Shown: positions 1 through 8,089 of the stretch, piece after piece
How positions within the stretch are numbered: the stretch's first letter is position 1
How the letters are laid out: the number at the start of each line of letters is the position of its first letter
Source of the DNA: Parcubacteria group bacterium
Lineage (GTDB): Bacteria > Patescibacteriota > Minisyncoccia > Minisyncoccales > JAGUVE01
DNA: 26,190 nucleotides
Direction: 5' to 3'
Assembly (NCBI GenBank): GCA_020063075.1
Contig: JAGUVE010000030.1
Location: 1-26,190, forward strand
Made by a program: the position numbers and the translations under genes
The notes under the pieces: generated by a model
Seen by the model: the letters and a program-made list of their open reading frames with translations, nothing else
Database searches by the model: none
Told to the model about the DNA's origin: nothing

Positions 1-973
1 CCAAAGAAAGCAAGGCGATTAAATTAAAAAGTTCGCCCAAACCAATTTCTTGGATTGTCAGCTTGGTGATGGCAAAAATTCCGACTATTCCGGTTGTCTG
101 GCTTGCCAAAGGGGTGATTGATTGAGTCAAAAATGAAACTTTAATTAAATTGTACAGGGAAAAAAAACTATAATGAACGAGGTTTACCGAATGCAAAAAA
201 CCGGAAAAAATTTTTCCAAAAAACCCTTCGTATCTAATTTCAGCCACCTCTTGTATGCCTATTCCTATTTTGGCGCTGGTTTCTTTTGGTTCAACCCGAG
301 GCACAACGGTTATTTCCTTAACTTCTTTTGTTCTCAAATTCTTAACCAGCAATAAAACCGCCTTTCCTTCACTCTTTTTAATAATTTCAGTCAGCTCCCT
401 GGCGCTTTCTAATTCTTTGCCGTCTGCCCTTAAGACCAAATCGTGAGGAAGCAATTTTGCGGCTTCAGCCGGCGAGCCCTCTTTAATCTCAGCCACCATC
501 GGAAAATTATTCTGAGAACCAAAAGGAAACTTGTATTGAAAGAGCAGTCCTTGATAGGTAATAAAACCGCTGAATCCCAAAATAAAATAAAAAATAATGA
601 CGGCCACTAAAATACCGACCAGTATTCCTCCGGAAACAATCAAAGTGCGGGTTGGCAGCGACTTTGAGGCAAAGCTTTTTGGGTCTTTTAATTCTTTTCC
701 CTCTTTGACCTCCTCGTCGTAAATTTTGTTAAAGCCGCCAAAAGGAATCAGGTTTAGGGAATAAACGGTGGATTCGGTCGCTATTTCTCCCGAACCCAAA
801 ACGAATTTTCTTTTTCCCCGCTCCTTATAAACTCCAAAAAGCCGGGGCGGAAGACCCAAGCCAAACTCCTCAACTTTGACCCCGGAGAGTTTAGCCAAAG
901 CAAAATGCCCAAACTCGTGAGAAAGAATGAGAAAACTCAAAATTAAAAGAAATAATATAATGGCTATAATCAT
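1..973 (-). CDS. rseP: RIP metalloprotease RseP (M50 site-2 protease with PDZ domain); 3' end runs off the window, missed by ORF track
   Basis: Manual translation from ATG at 973: MIIAIILFLLILSFLILSHEFGHFALAKLSGVKVEEFGLGLPPR...YSLNLIPFGGF...PAEAAKLLPHDLVLRADG...NLIALLSL. Shows HExxH, NLIPFGGF and a PDZ-like segment; open to the window edge. Confidence 0.93.
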   Translation of the reverse strand, partial: MIIAIILFLLILSFLILSHEFGHFALAKLSGVKVEEFGLGLPPRLFGVYKERGKRKFVLGSGEIATESTVYSLNLIPFGGFNKIYDEEVKEGKELKDPKSFASKSLPTRTLIVSGGILVGILVAVIIFYFILGFSGFITYQGLLFQYKFPFGSQNNFPMVAEIKEGSPAEAAKLLPHDLVLRADGKELESARELTEIIKKSEGKAVLLLVKNLRTKEVKEITVVPRVEPKETSAKIGIGIQEVAEIRYEGFFGKIFSGFLHSVNLVHYSFFSLYNLIKVSFLTQSITPLASQTTGIVGIFAITKLTIQEIGLGELFNLIALLSL

Positions 974-975
974 AA

Positions 976-1533
976 TTACTCTGCTATCTCTTTTTTCTTC
1001 CTCTCCCCTATTTCCTCAATTTTCTTGTTATATTCGTCAACCAACTCCTGCAATCCGTCTTTCCCCTTAAATTTATCATTTTCCCTGATTTTACCCTCTC
1101 TAAAGTTTCTTTGAATTTCTTCCCAGGCCTCTTCTCTCCATCTTCTAATTGTCTTTTTTGCCTCCTCTTGTTTTTGGGAAATTAGCCGCAATAAATCCTT
1201 TCTGTATTCTCCAGTCAAGGGGGGCAAATTTATTCTAATTGCGTCTTTGTCAACAATGGGGCTGGCTCCGATTCCGGTTCTTTCCAAGGCCTTAACAATT
1301 CCCTCAATGTAGGATTTGTCCCAGGGCTGAATCAAAATCTGTCTCGGCTCGGGAATTGCGATTGTGGCTAACTGCTTTAAGGGAAACCTCTGGCCAAAGC
1401 ATTCCACAGAAACATCTTCAACTAAAGAGCTGGTCGCTCTGGATGGCCTGAATTTAGCCAACTCTCTTTCCAAAAAATTTACAACTTTATCCAATTCCGG
1501 CTTGATTTTTCCGATAATTTCTTCAGAATCCAT
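976..1533 (-). CDS. frr: Ribosome recycling factor
   Basis: 185 aa; RATSSLVEDVSVECFG, PLKQLATI, IQPWDKS, IRINLPPLTGEYRKDL match RRF motifs. Confidence 0.95.
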   Translation of the reverse strand: MDSEEIIGKIKPELDKVVNFLERELAKFRPSRATSSLVEDVSVECFGQRFPLKQLATIAIPEPRQILIQPWDKSYIEGIVKALERTGIGASPIVDKDAIRINLPPLTGEYRKDLLRLISQKQEEAKKTIRRWREEAWEEIQRNFREGKIRENDKFKGKDGLQELVDEYNKKIEEIGERKKKEIAE

Positions 1534-1543
1534 AATTTATTTA

Positions 1544-2476
1544 TTACAGCTCCAGCATTAAGTTTTCCAGCGCCAATCTTTGGTTGATGTTTGTGGTTGA
1601 GGTTAAAAAAATCGTTCTCTGCAATTCCTCAATGAATTTTTTTAATTTGGCTAAAGAAAAATTTTTAAAATTTTCGTCTTCCCTGCCCTGTATTTTTGAG
1701 AGAAGAATTTTCCTCAAATACCCGAGCCAGATTTCCAAAATCTCTTTTGCCTTGTTAGAAACGTTGTCTTTGGCGGAGTCAGAGATGTTTTTTACGTATT
1801 GAAAGCGAAAAGACAACCCGGTATTGAAAATTTTGAGCAAATCGGAAATTATTGCGCGGTACGTCTCAATTTTTTGGGGGTCCAAAAGAAAATCCAACGC
1901 CAGCCCGGGTCTGCCCAAAGAAATCTGAGCTATTTCTTCCGCGTCGGCTTTTCCCATTCCCTTTGAAATTAAATAATTTTCAATCTCAGGATATTTTACC
2001 GGGTAAAATTTGATTGTCTGGCATCTGGAAATAATTGTCGGAAGCAGGGTTTTTGGATGCTCGGTTACCAGAATTAAAACCGTCCTGCCTTTCGGTTCCT
2101 CCAGGGTTTTTAAAAGACAACCCTGCGCCTCTTGGTTCATTGAATGCGCCCGGTCTATAATCGCCGCTTTCAAAGGAGCAGAAACATTTTTTAAAGATAG
2201 CTTCCAGCTTAACTCTCTGATTTGGGAAATCTGTATCTCTTTGTTGGCTGGTTCCAAAAAAATAAAATCGGGATGAATCCCTTTTTCAATGTCCCGACTT
2301 TGTCGAGGATGCTCGATGAAATCGGCATCTTTTTCAAAGAGCCATGATATAAATTCAAAGGCAACTCTTTTTTTGCCCAATTTCTCTTGACCGGAAAATA
2401 AGAAAGCATGGGGCAGTTTTCCCGTCTCGGCTGATTTCTCCAAAATCTTCCATTGTTTTTGATGGCCAATAATCAT
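1544..2476 (-). CDS. holB: DNA polymerase III delta-prime subunit (clamp loader); Zn-finger cysteines absent
   Basis: IIGHQ, PHAFLFSG, HPDF, IQISQIREL, AQGCLLKTLEEP, LLPTIISRCQ (SRC motif). Confidence 0.9.
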   Translation of the reverse strand: MIIGHQKQWKILEKSAETGKLPHAFLFSGQEKLGKKRVAFEFISWLFEKDADFIEHPRQSRDIEKGIHPDFIFLEPANKEIQISQIRELSWKLSLKNVSAPLKAAIIDRAHSMNQEAQGCLLKTLEEPKGRTVLILVTEHPKTLLPTIISRCQTIKFYPVKYPEIENYLISKGMGKADAEEIAQISLGRPGLALDFLLDPQKIETYRAIISDLLKIFNTGLSFRFQYVKNISDSAKDNVSNKAKEILEIWLGYLRKILLSKIQGREDENFKNFSLAKLKKFIEELQRTIFLTSTTNINQRLALENLMLEL

Positions 2477-2491
2477 ACAAAATTTGAATTT

Positions 2492-3499
2492 TTATCTTTT
2501 ACTCATTATGGTTTTTTTATAGACATCTAAATTATCCAAAACCGCTCCGGTTCCTTTTGCCACGCAGGTTATGGGGTCATCAGCTAAAATAAAAGGAACG
2601 CCGATTGATTCCGATATTTTTCTGCTTAGGTTTCTGAGCAATGACCCTCCCCCGGCCAAGACCCCTCCTTTATCCATAACATCGGCTGATAGTTCGGGCG
2701 GAGTGTTTCTTAAAACGGTTTTTATCACTCTGATTACTTCAGATATAACGTCGGAAACGGCCTCTTGGGTTTCATTTGAGGATATTTTTAGGTTGCGGGG
2801 CAGACCTGAGATTAAGTCCCTTCCCCGAATCTCAAGATATTTTTCTTCCTTTTCAGATAAAGCGGTTCCAACCTTTATCTTTATTTCTTCGGCTGTTTGC
2901 TCGCCGATTGCTAAATTATATTTTCTCTTAACAAAATCGGAAATTGCCGAATCCATTTTGTCGCCGGCTATCCTGGCCGATTGCCAGGTAACTATTCCTC
3001 CTAAAGAAATCACCGCCACTTCGGTAGTCCCTCCGCCGATATCAACAATGAGGTTGCCGGAGCAGGAATTTATCGGAACTCCGGCTCCGATGGCGGCCAA
3101 AACCGGTTCTTTTGCCAAAAAAACGGCCTTTGCCCCGGCTGCTAAACCCGCCTCAATCACTGCCCTCTTTTCCGTGGAGGTGATGCCGGCCGGCACCCCG
3201 ATCATCAATTCCGGTTTAAATATCCGAAAATGGCCCAGGACCTTTTCAATGAAATATCTCAGCATCGCCTGGGTAACCCGATAATCGGCGATGACCCCGT
3301 CTCTTAGGGGCCTGTAAACCCTGATGGTGTCCGGAGTCCTGCCGATCATTTCTTTTGCCGATTTTCCGACTGCCAGAATTTTGTTTTCAGCTAAACTGAC
3401 GGCAACGACCGAGGGCTCCTGCAAAACAATCCCCTTTTTTTGAATAAAAACGAGAGAATTGCAAGTGCCTAAGTCAATGCCGATTTTTCGTATAAACAT
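2492..3499 (-). CDS. mreB: Rod shape-determining actin-like ATPase MreB
   Basis: IGIDLGT, EPSVVA, RPLRDGVIAD, IVDIGGGTTEVAVISLGG, LAGGGSLL. Confidence 0.96.
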   Translation of the reverse strand: MFIRKIGIDLGTCNSLVFIQKKGIVLQEPSVVAVSLAENKILAVGKSAKEMIGRTPDTIRVYRPLRDGVIADYRVTQAMLRYFIEKVLGHFRIFKPELMIGVPAGITSTEKRAVIEAGLAAGAKAVFLAKEPVLAAIGAGVPINSCSGNLIVDIGGGTTEVAVISLGGIVTWQSARIAGDKMDSAISDFVKRKYNLAIGEQTAEEIKIKVGTALSEKEEKYLEIRGRDLISGLPRNLKISSNETQEAVSDVISEVIRVIKTVLRNTPPELSADVMDKGGVLAGGGSLLRNLSRKISESIGVPFILADDPITCVAKGTGAVLDNLDVYKKTIMSKR

Positions 3500-3516
3500 A
3501 ATAACTTAAAATTTTT

Positions 3517-3635
3517 TAATTTTGAATTCTGAATTTTGAATAAATTTTGAATTTAAAAATTTTTAAAACCTTTTGGTTTCACAATTAAAGCATTAAGAAA
3601 TTCATTCAAAATTCAAAATTGGAAATTCAAAATTA
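3517..3635. repeat. AT-rich imperfect inverted repeat made of ~7-mer TTTTGAA / TTCAAAA units between murA and mreB
   Basis: Left arm taattttgaattctgaattttgaataaattttgaattt (3517-3553) pairs imperfectly with right arm aaattcattcaaaattcaaaattggaaattcaaaatta (3598-3635). Confidence 0.75.
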
Positions 3636-3676
3636 TTTTAGATCTTTGCTTTTTGATTTAAGACTGTAAAAATCAT

Positions 3677-4939
3677 CTATCCTTTAATCCTTCGTATGTC
3701 CGCCCCTAATTTTTGAAATCTTTCTTCTATTCTTTCGTATCCCCTGTCAATTTGCGAAATATTTTCAATTACCGTTTTTCCCTTGGCAGCGAGCCCGGCG
3801 ATAATTAACGAGGCGCCGGCCCTTATATCCCAGGACTCAATCCTTGAACCCCATAGCGGCGTCTTGCCGAAAATGAATGCCCGGTGAGGGTCAACGAGCT
3901 CAATATCCGCTCCCATTTTTCTCAATTCCTGGGTGAAATTCAATCGGTTCTCATAAAGCGGGTCGTGAATTACGCTTCTTCCTTCGGCTTGGGTCAAAAG
4001 AGGAATCAGAGGAGGAATTAAATCGGTAGGGAATCCCGGAAAAGGAAGGGCTTGAATTTTGACCGCCTTCATTTTCGGAAGACGGCTTACAAGTAATTCG
4101 CCCGGAGCTCTTCTTAATATAACGCCGATTTCTTCCAATTTGGTCAAAAATGAATCCAAGTGCTCGGTTCTTACGTTTTTTATTTTAACCTCGCCTTGCG
4201 TAATGGCTGAAGCAATAATGAAAGTACCCGCTTCCAGGGGGTCCGGAATAATTCGGTGATCGGCTCCTTTTAATTTCTTTACGCCTTCCAACTCAATTTG
4301 GTGAGTTCCCAAACCCTCTATCTTTACCCCCATCTCTTTTAAAAATTTTCCGACATCCTGAATCTGGGGCTCAGCCGCCGCCATTTTAATTACCGTTTTT
4401 CCTTCAGCCAAGACCGCGGCGAGCATCAAATTTTCGGTGGCGGTAACCGAAAATTCCCGCAAGACCACTTCTTTTCCCAGAATTTTCTTTGCGCGAAATT
4501 TATAAAATTCGCCTTCCTGAGAAATTTCCGCCCCTAATTCCTTCAGGGAAAGAAGGTGGGTTGAAATCGGCCTTAGCCCGATCTTATCGCCGCCCGGATG
4601 AGAAAATTTGAAATTTTTGAATCTCCCTAAAAGCGGCCCGATTAACAGAACCGAAACGCGGCTCTTCTTAATTTCGTCAAAGTTTAATCTTGCAGGGTCT
4701 ATTTTACGGTTATTTATTTTAATTTTCCGCTTTCCAAGCCATTCAATTTTCGCTCCCATCCCCTCTAAAATTCCGAGCAAGCTTAAAATATCGGAAACCA
4801 AAGGAAGATTATCAATGACGCAATCTTCCTCGCAAAGCAAAGTCGCCGCCAAAATGCCGCCAGCCGCATTTTTATAACCCCTGACCTCAATTTCTCCTTT
4901 AAGCTTTTTACCCCCCCCAATTACGAAACTTTCCGGCAT
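3677..4939 (-). CDS. murA: UDP-N-acetylglucosamine 1-carboxyvinyltransferase (Asp in place of the active-site Cys)
   Basis: GYKNAA (Lys22), PGGDKIGLRP, SVTATEN, AAAEPQI, FPGFPTDL, DIRAGA, IDRGYE. Confidence 0.96.
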   Translation of the reverse strand: MPESFVIGGGKKLKGEIEVRGYKNAAGGILAATLLCEEDCVIDNLPLVSDILSLLGILEGMGAKIEWLGKRKIKINNRKIDPARLNFDEIKKSRVSVLLIGPLLGRFKNFKFSHPGGDKIGLRPISTHLLSLKELGAEISQEGEFYKFRAKKILGKEVVLREFSVTATENLMLAAVLAEGKTVIKMAAAEPQIQDVGKFLKEMGVKIEGLGTHQIELEGVKKLKGADHRIIPDPLEAGTFIIASAITQGEVKIKNVRTEHLDSFLTKLEEIGVILRRAPGELLVSRLPKMKAVKIQALPFPGFPTDLIPPLIPLLTQAEGRSVIHDPLYENRLNFTQELRKMGADIELVDPHRAFIFGKTPLWGSRIESWDIRAGASLIIAGLAAKGKTVIENISQIDRGYERIEERFQKLGADIRRIKG

Positions 4940-4945
4940 GTTTTG

Positions 4946-4974
4946 ATTATATTTTTTTTGGGATTTTATGTCAA
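4946..4974 (-). promoter_or_regulatory. Perfect-consensus sigma70 promoter of murA; probably leaderless
   Basis: Minus strand TTGACA (4974-4969), N17, TATAAT (4951-4946), 6 nt, ATG (4939). Confidence 0.85.
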
Positions 4975-5000
4975 ATTAACTTTTAATCTAAAACATAACT

Positions 5001-5009
5001 TGCTAAAAT
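5001..5009 (+). promoter_or_regulatory. Extended -10 element (TGn-TAAAAT) 5 nt before the PEGA gene ATG
   Basis: TGCTAAAAT at 5001-5009, ATG at 5015; no clear -35. Confidence 0.5.
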
Positions 5010-5014
5010 GGAAT

Positions 5015-5965
5015 ATGGTCAAAAAAACGAGAGTAATTTTATTTTTGTCTTGTTTGTTCCTGTTTTTTTTTATTGCCTCGGCTTCTATTTTTTATTCTCT
5101 CGGCTACCGATTTGATTTAAAGACAAAAAAAATCGTACAAACCGGCGGGATTTTTTTAAAAGTTGAACCAAAATCGGTAAATGTTTTTAGCGATGAAAAA
5201 TTGAGCGAGAAAACCGATTTTTTATTCGGCACGGTTCTGATAAAAAATTTACTGCCGGGAAAACATAAAATTAGGGTGGAAAAAGAGGGTTTCTATCCCT
5301 GGGAAAAAGTTTTGGAAGTTAAAGAAAAAGAGGTGGCTGAGGCGAAGAATATTATTTTAATTAAAAAAGAGCTTAATTTTGAGGTCTTAGCTAAAGAAGT
5401 AAAAAATTTTTGGCCGTTTCCGGACGGCAAAAAAATTCTTTTGGAGATTGAAATTGACGGCGACTTTAAAAAAAACATTTTGGATTTGGATAAAATTCCG
5501 CCGGCTTTGATTGATGCCACAACTTCGGTTCTGGAAAATGCCTCCACTTCTCAGAAAATTAATGGCGAACTTTACTATTTGAATAAATCGGGGTATCTTT
5601 TTAAAGATAAGGAAAAATTGATTGATCTGCCATTTGGAAATTTTAAGATTTCTCCCGAGGCAAAAAAAATAGTTCTTATTAACGACTACGAAATTTGGGT
5701 TTTATTCATCGAATCTTCTGAAAAACGATTTTTAACCAGATTCTCAAAAAAAATCGGAGAAATTTTTTGGTATAATTCCGACTATTTGCTCTTCAGGATT
5801 GGAAACGAAATAAAAATAACCGAAATTGACAACCGGGACCGGCTGAATATAGTTAACTTGGCTGATTTTAAAGAAACGCAGAAAATTTTCTTCAATCAAA
5901 ATGATAAAAAACTCTATATTTTAAACAAAGATAATTTCCTTGTCTCAGAAAAACTTTTACCCTAA
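5015..5965 (+). CDS. Membrane-anchored PEGA-domain protein (start moved to ATG 5015)
   Basis: N-terminal hydrophobic anchor, then GYRFD...QTGGIFLKVEPK...LLPGKHKIRVEKEGFYPWEK typical of PEGA; C-terminal beta-rich region. Confidence 0.75.
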   Translation: MVKKTRVILFLSCLFLFFFIASASIFYSLGYRFDLKTKKIVQTGGIFLKVEPKSVNVFSDEKLSEKTDFLFGTVLIKNLLPGKHKIRVEKEGFYPWEKVLEVKEKEVAEAKNIILIKKELNFEVLAKEVKNFWPFPDGKKILLEIEIDGDFKKNILDLDKIPPALIDATTSVLENASTSQKINGELYYLNKSGYLFKDKEKLIDLPFGNFKISPEAKKIVLINDYEIWVLFIESSEKRFLTRFSKKIGEIFWYNSDYLLFRIGNEIKITEIDNRDRLNIVNLADFKETQKIFFNQNDKKLYILNKDNFLVSEKLLP

Positions 5966-5991
5966 TTAGATCGAGTAACTCTTGCAAAGAT

Positions 5992-6253
5992 TTCAATCGC
6001 TCGGCAAGCTGGTTTTCAGGGATATGGAAAAAACGAGTTTTAGAGCGAAGGCAGAATTGTCTTAGGTTGACACTTCGCAGCCGAGCCCATAACTTTATTT
6101 TGTATTTCAGCGAATGCTCTGGGCGGCTCGGCGAGAAATAGCAACTGCGGAAAATAACTCGTTTTATCCACTTAAGCCGATTGCGTGTCAACCTTAGGCA
6201 ATCTGCCGAGCGATTGTTAAACCGTTTGAAAACCAGCTTGCCGAGCGATTGAA
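5992..6253. mobile_element. 262-bp MITE-like or structured element with perfect 27-bp terminal inverted repeats
   Basis: ttcaatcgctcggcaagctggttttca (5992-6018) is the exact reverse complement of 6227-6253; further internal helices; no transposase, no clear target duplication. Confidence 0.65.
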
Positions 6254-6301
6254 GGCGGGGTTTACTTTTTTAGAAAATCTGGTAAAAATTAAAGGTGTTA
6301 A

Positions 6302-7171
6302 ATGACCTTTAAAATATCTGTGCCTTTGCACCTAACCGGTTTTTTTAGCCCCAATTTTGCGGATAATCCCCTGCTAGCCGGGTCAAAGGGAACCGGATTA
6401 GTAATAGTCCCGGGGCTTACCTGCATCTGTAAATTTTCGGAAAAAAAACAAGGAAGAAATAAAGTAATCTATAACGGCGTTAAAACAAAAATAAAACCCG
6501 TAGAAAAACTCTTTGAATTAACCGATTTCAACAGAAGGGTTTTATGCAAAATATCTTCTCCGGTTCCTCTGGGCTTTGGTTATGGCGCAAGCGCCGCCTC
6601 AACCCTGGCCGTTTCTTTGGCTCTTCACAGATTTTTGAAAAAACCCGACTCGGCGGCGGCTCGACTCGCGCACATCGCCGAGGTCAAGTCCTTAACCGGC
6701 TTGGGAGATGTGATTGCGCTGTTTGAAGGCAAGGACTTAACGATAAGAACTAAAACGGGAACGCCGGGAATCGGCCTGACTAAATCATTTTCGCAAAAAG
6801 GAAATATCAGAATTGTTGCCGTTGATTTAAAAAAAATAAGCACGCGAAAGATGCTAAAATCAATGAGTCCTGCGGCATCGCGCTTTGGTTTAAAACTCCT
6901 CAAAAAATTTATTAAAAATCCTGACCTTGAAAATTTCTTTAAATATTCTCAGTTGTTTGCTAAAAAAATGAAATTCGCAGATGAAAATTTTTTTGATAAA
7001 TTGGAGCCGCTCAAAAAATACTGCATCGGATTTACGGTTAAAAAGGGCGTTTTATTTGCGGCTGCCGAACAAAATAAACTAAAAAATGCCGTTTCTATAT
7101 TGAAAAAAATTTCGCCGGCAATTCATATTTTTAAATTCGGCGGAGGAATTAAAAAAATGTATGCCACATAA
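6302..7171 (+). CDS. Archaeal-type pantoate kinase (PoK, GHMP kinase family)
   Basis: [22 protein letters not shown] loop [28 protein letters not shown]; overlaps the downstream phosphopantothenate synthetase gene. Confidence 0.85.
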   Translation: MTFKISVPLHLTGFFSPNFADNPLLAGSKGTGLVIVPGLTCICKFSEKKQGRNKVIYNGVKTKIKPVEKLFELTDFNRRVLCKISSPVPLGFGYGASAASTLAVSLALHRFLKKPDSAAARLAHIAEVKSLTGLGDVIALFEGKDLTIRTKTGTPGIGLTKSFSQKGNIRIVAVDLKKISTRKMLKSMSPAASRFGLKLLKKFIKNPDLENFFKYSQLFAKKMKFADENFFDKLEPLKKYCIGFTVKKGVLFAAAEQNKLKNAVSILKKISPAIHIFKFGGGIKKMYAT

Positions 7172-7911
7172 TTTTACAATACCCAAATCGCACCCGAGAT
7201 ATTTTTCGCTCGTCCAAAGAGAAAAATTGGTTGATGGTTTTAAAAAAGGAATTGTTGCCGCGGAAGGATTAATCGCCCAAGGCCGGGGAGAAGCGTTTGA
7301 TTATATTTTGGGCGAAAAAACCTTGAAACCGGCAATGGAAGCCGGTAAAGCGGCGGCTGCCTTTCTTTTGCTTGCGAAACGCCCGGTAATCTCGGTCAAT
7401 GGAAACGCCGCCGCCCTGTCGGCAAAAGAAATCGTTAAATTGGCTAAAGTTGTTGGCGCAAAAATAGAAGTCAATCTATTTTATCGCACCGAAAAACGGA
7501 AAAAAAAAAATAAAGGACTTGCTAATTTTAGCTGGCGCAGATAATGTTTTAGGAGCGGGAAAAGACGCTTCGGCCGTTATACCCGAATTAATGAGTGAAA
7601 GAAGAAGGGTTGACCCGAGAGGAATTTTAATCGCCGATGTTGTCTTGGTTTTTCTGGAAGACGGCGATAGAACCGAATCCCTGCTCAAAATGGGGAAAAA
7701 AGTAATTGCCATTGACTTAAATCCTTTCTCAAGAACGGCTCAAAAAGCGACGCTCACCATTGTTGACAATATTGTCAGAGCAATGCCGCTTCTTATTAAA
7801 ATGAGCAAAGAATTCAAAGAGTATAAAGAGCAAGATTTGAAATCAATTTTTAAAAACTACAACAATAGAATAATGTTAAAAGAAATGGTCAAAATAATAA
7901 GGAAAACATAA
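7161..7911 (+). pseudogene. Archaeal-type phosphopantothenate synthetase (4-phosphopantoate--beta-alanine ligase, PPS), frameshifted at an A11 tract; 249 aa if one A is removed
   Basis: ORF 7161-7544 ([37 protein letters not shown]) and ORF 7519-7911 (LEDGDRTE, IDLNPFSRT, IVDNIVRA) join in frame by deleting one A from 7500-7510. Confidence 0.88.
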
Positions 7912-8081
7912 GATCGACAAATGGTTTCAGAGCGAGGGCATCTCGCCGAAGGGTGCATCCCAGTAGTAGAAGCTTCGCTTCACTACGGGACTTCGCTTCG
8001 CAGCCGACGGCGTGCCTGCCCCGTAGGGAAACCGAAGGTTTCTCCTTCGGGGCTCCCTGAGGCAAGATGACCGAGCGATTG
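7912..8081. repeat. Structured intergenic element with two nested CCC(A/C)GTAG hairpins; shares three sequence blocks with the 5992-6253 element
   Basis: Hairpins at 7959-7989 and 8019-8052; shared blocks GTTTYAGAGCGARGGCA, CTTCGCAGCCGA and CCGAGCGATTG in the same order. Confidence 0.7.
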
Positions 8082-8089
8082 GAAAAATT

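Noticed and set aside
173-446. ORFs 173-355 and 255-446 (+)
   Set aside because: Antisense shadows of rseP, which the track missed because it runs off the window
1364-5547. Short ORFs opposite or inside frr, holB, mreB, murA and the PEGA gene, including the 237-aa ORF 2571-3284
   Set aside because: Antisense to well-conserved genes; no recognisable motifs
5892-6191. 99-aa minus-strand ORF
   Set aside because: Runs through the palindromic element and the PEGA 3' end; composition reflects the repeat
5966-6301. Known riboswitch or tRNA in the long intergenic regions
   Set aside because: No recognisable T-loop/anticodon cloverleaf or consensus of a riboswitch class I know; left as an unclassified structured element
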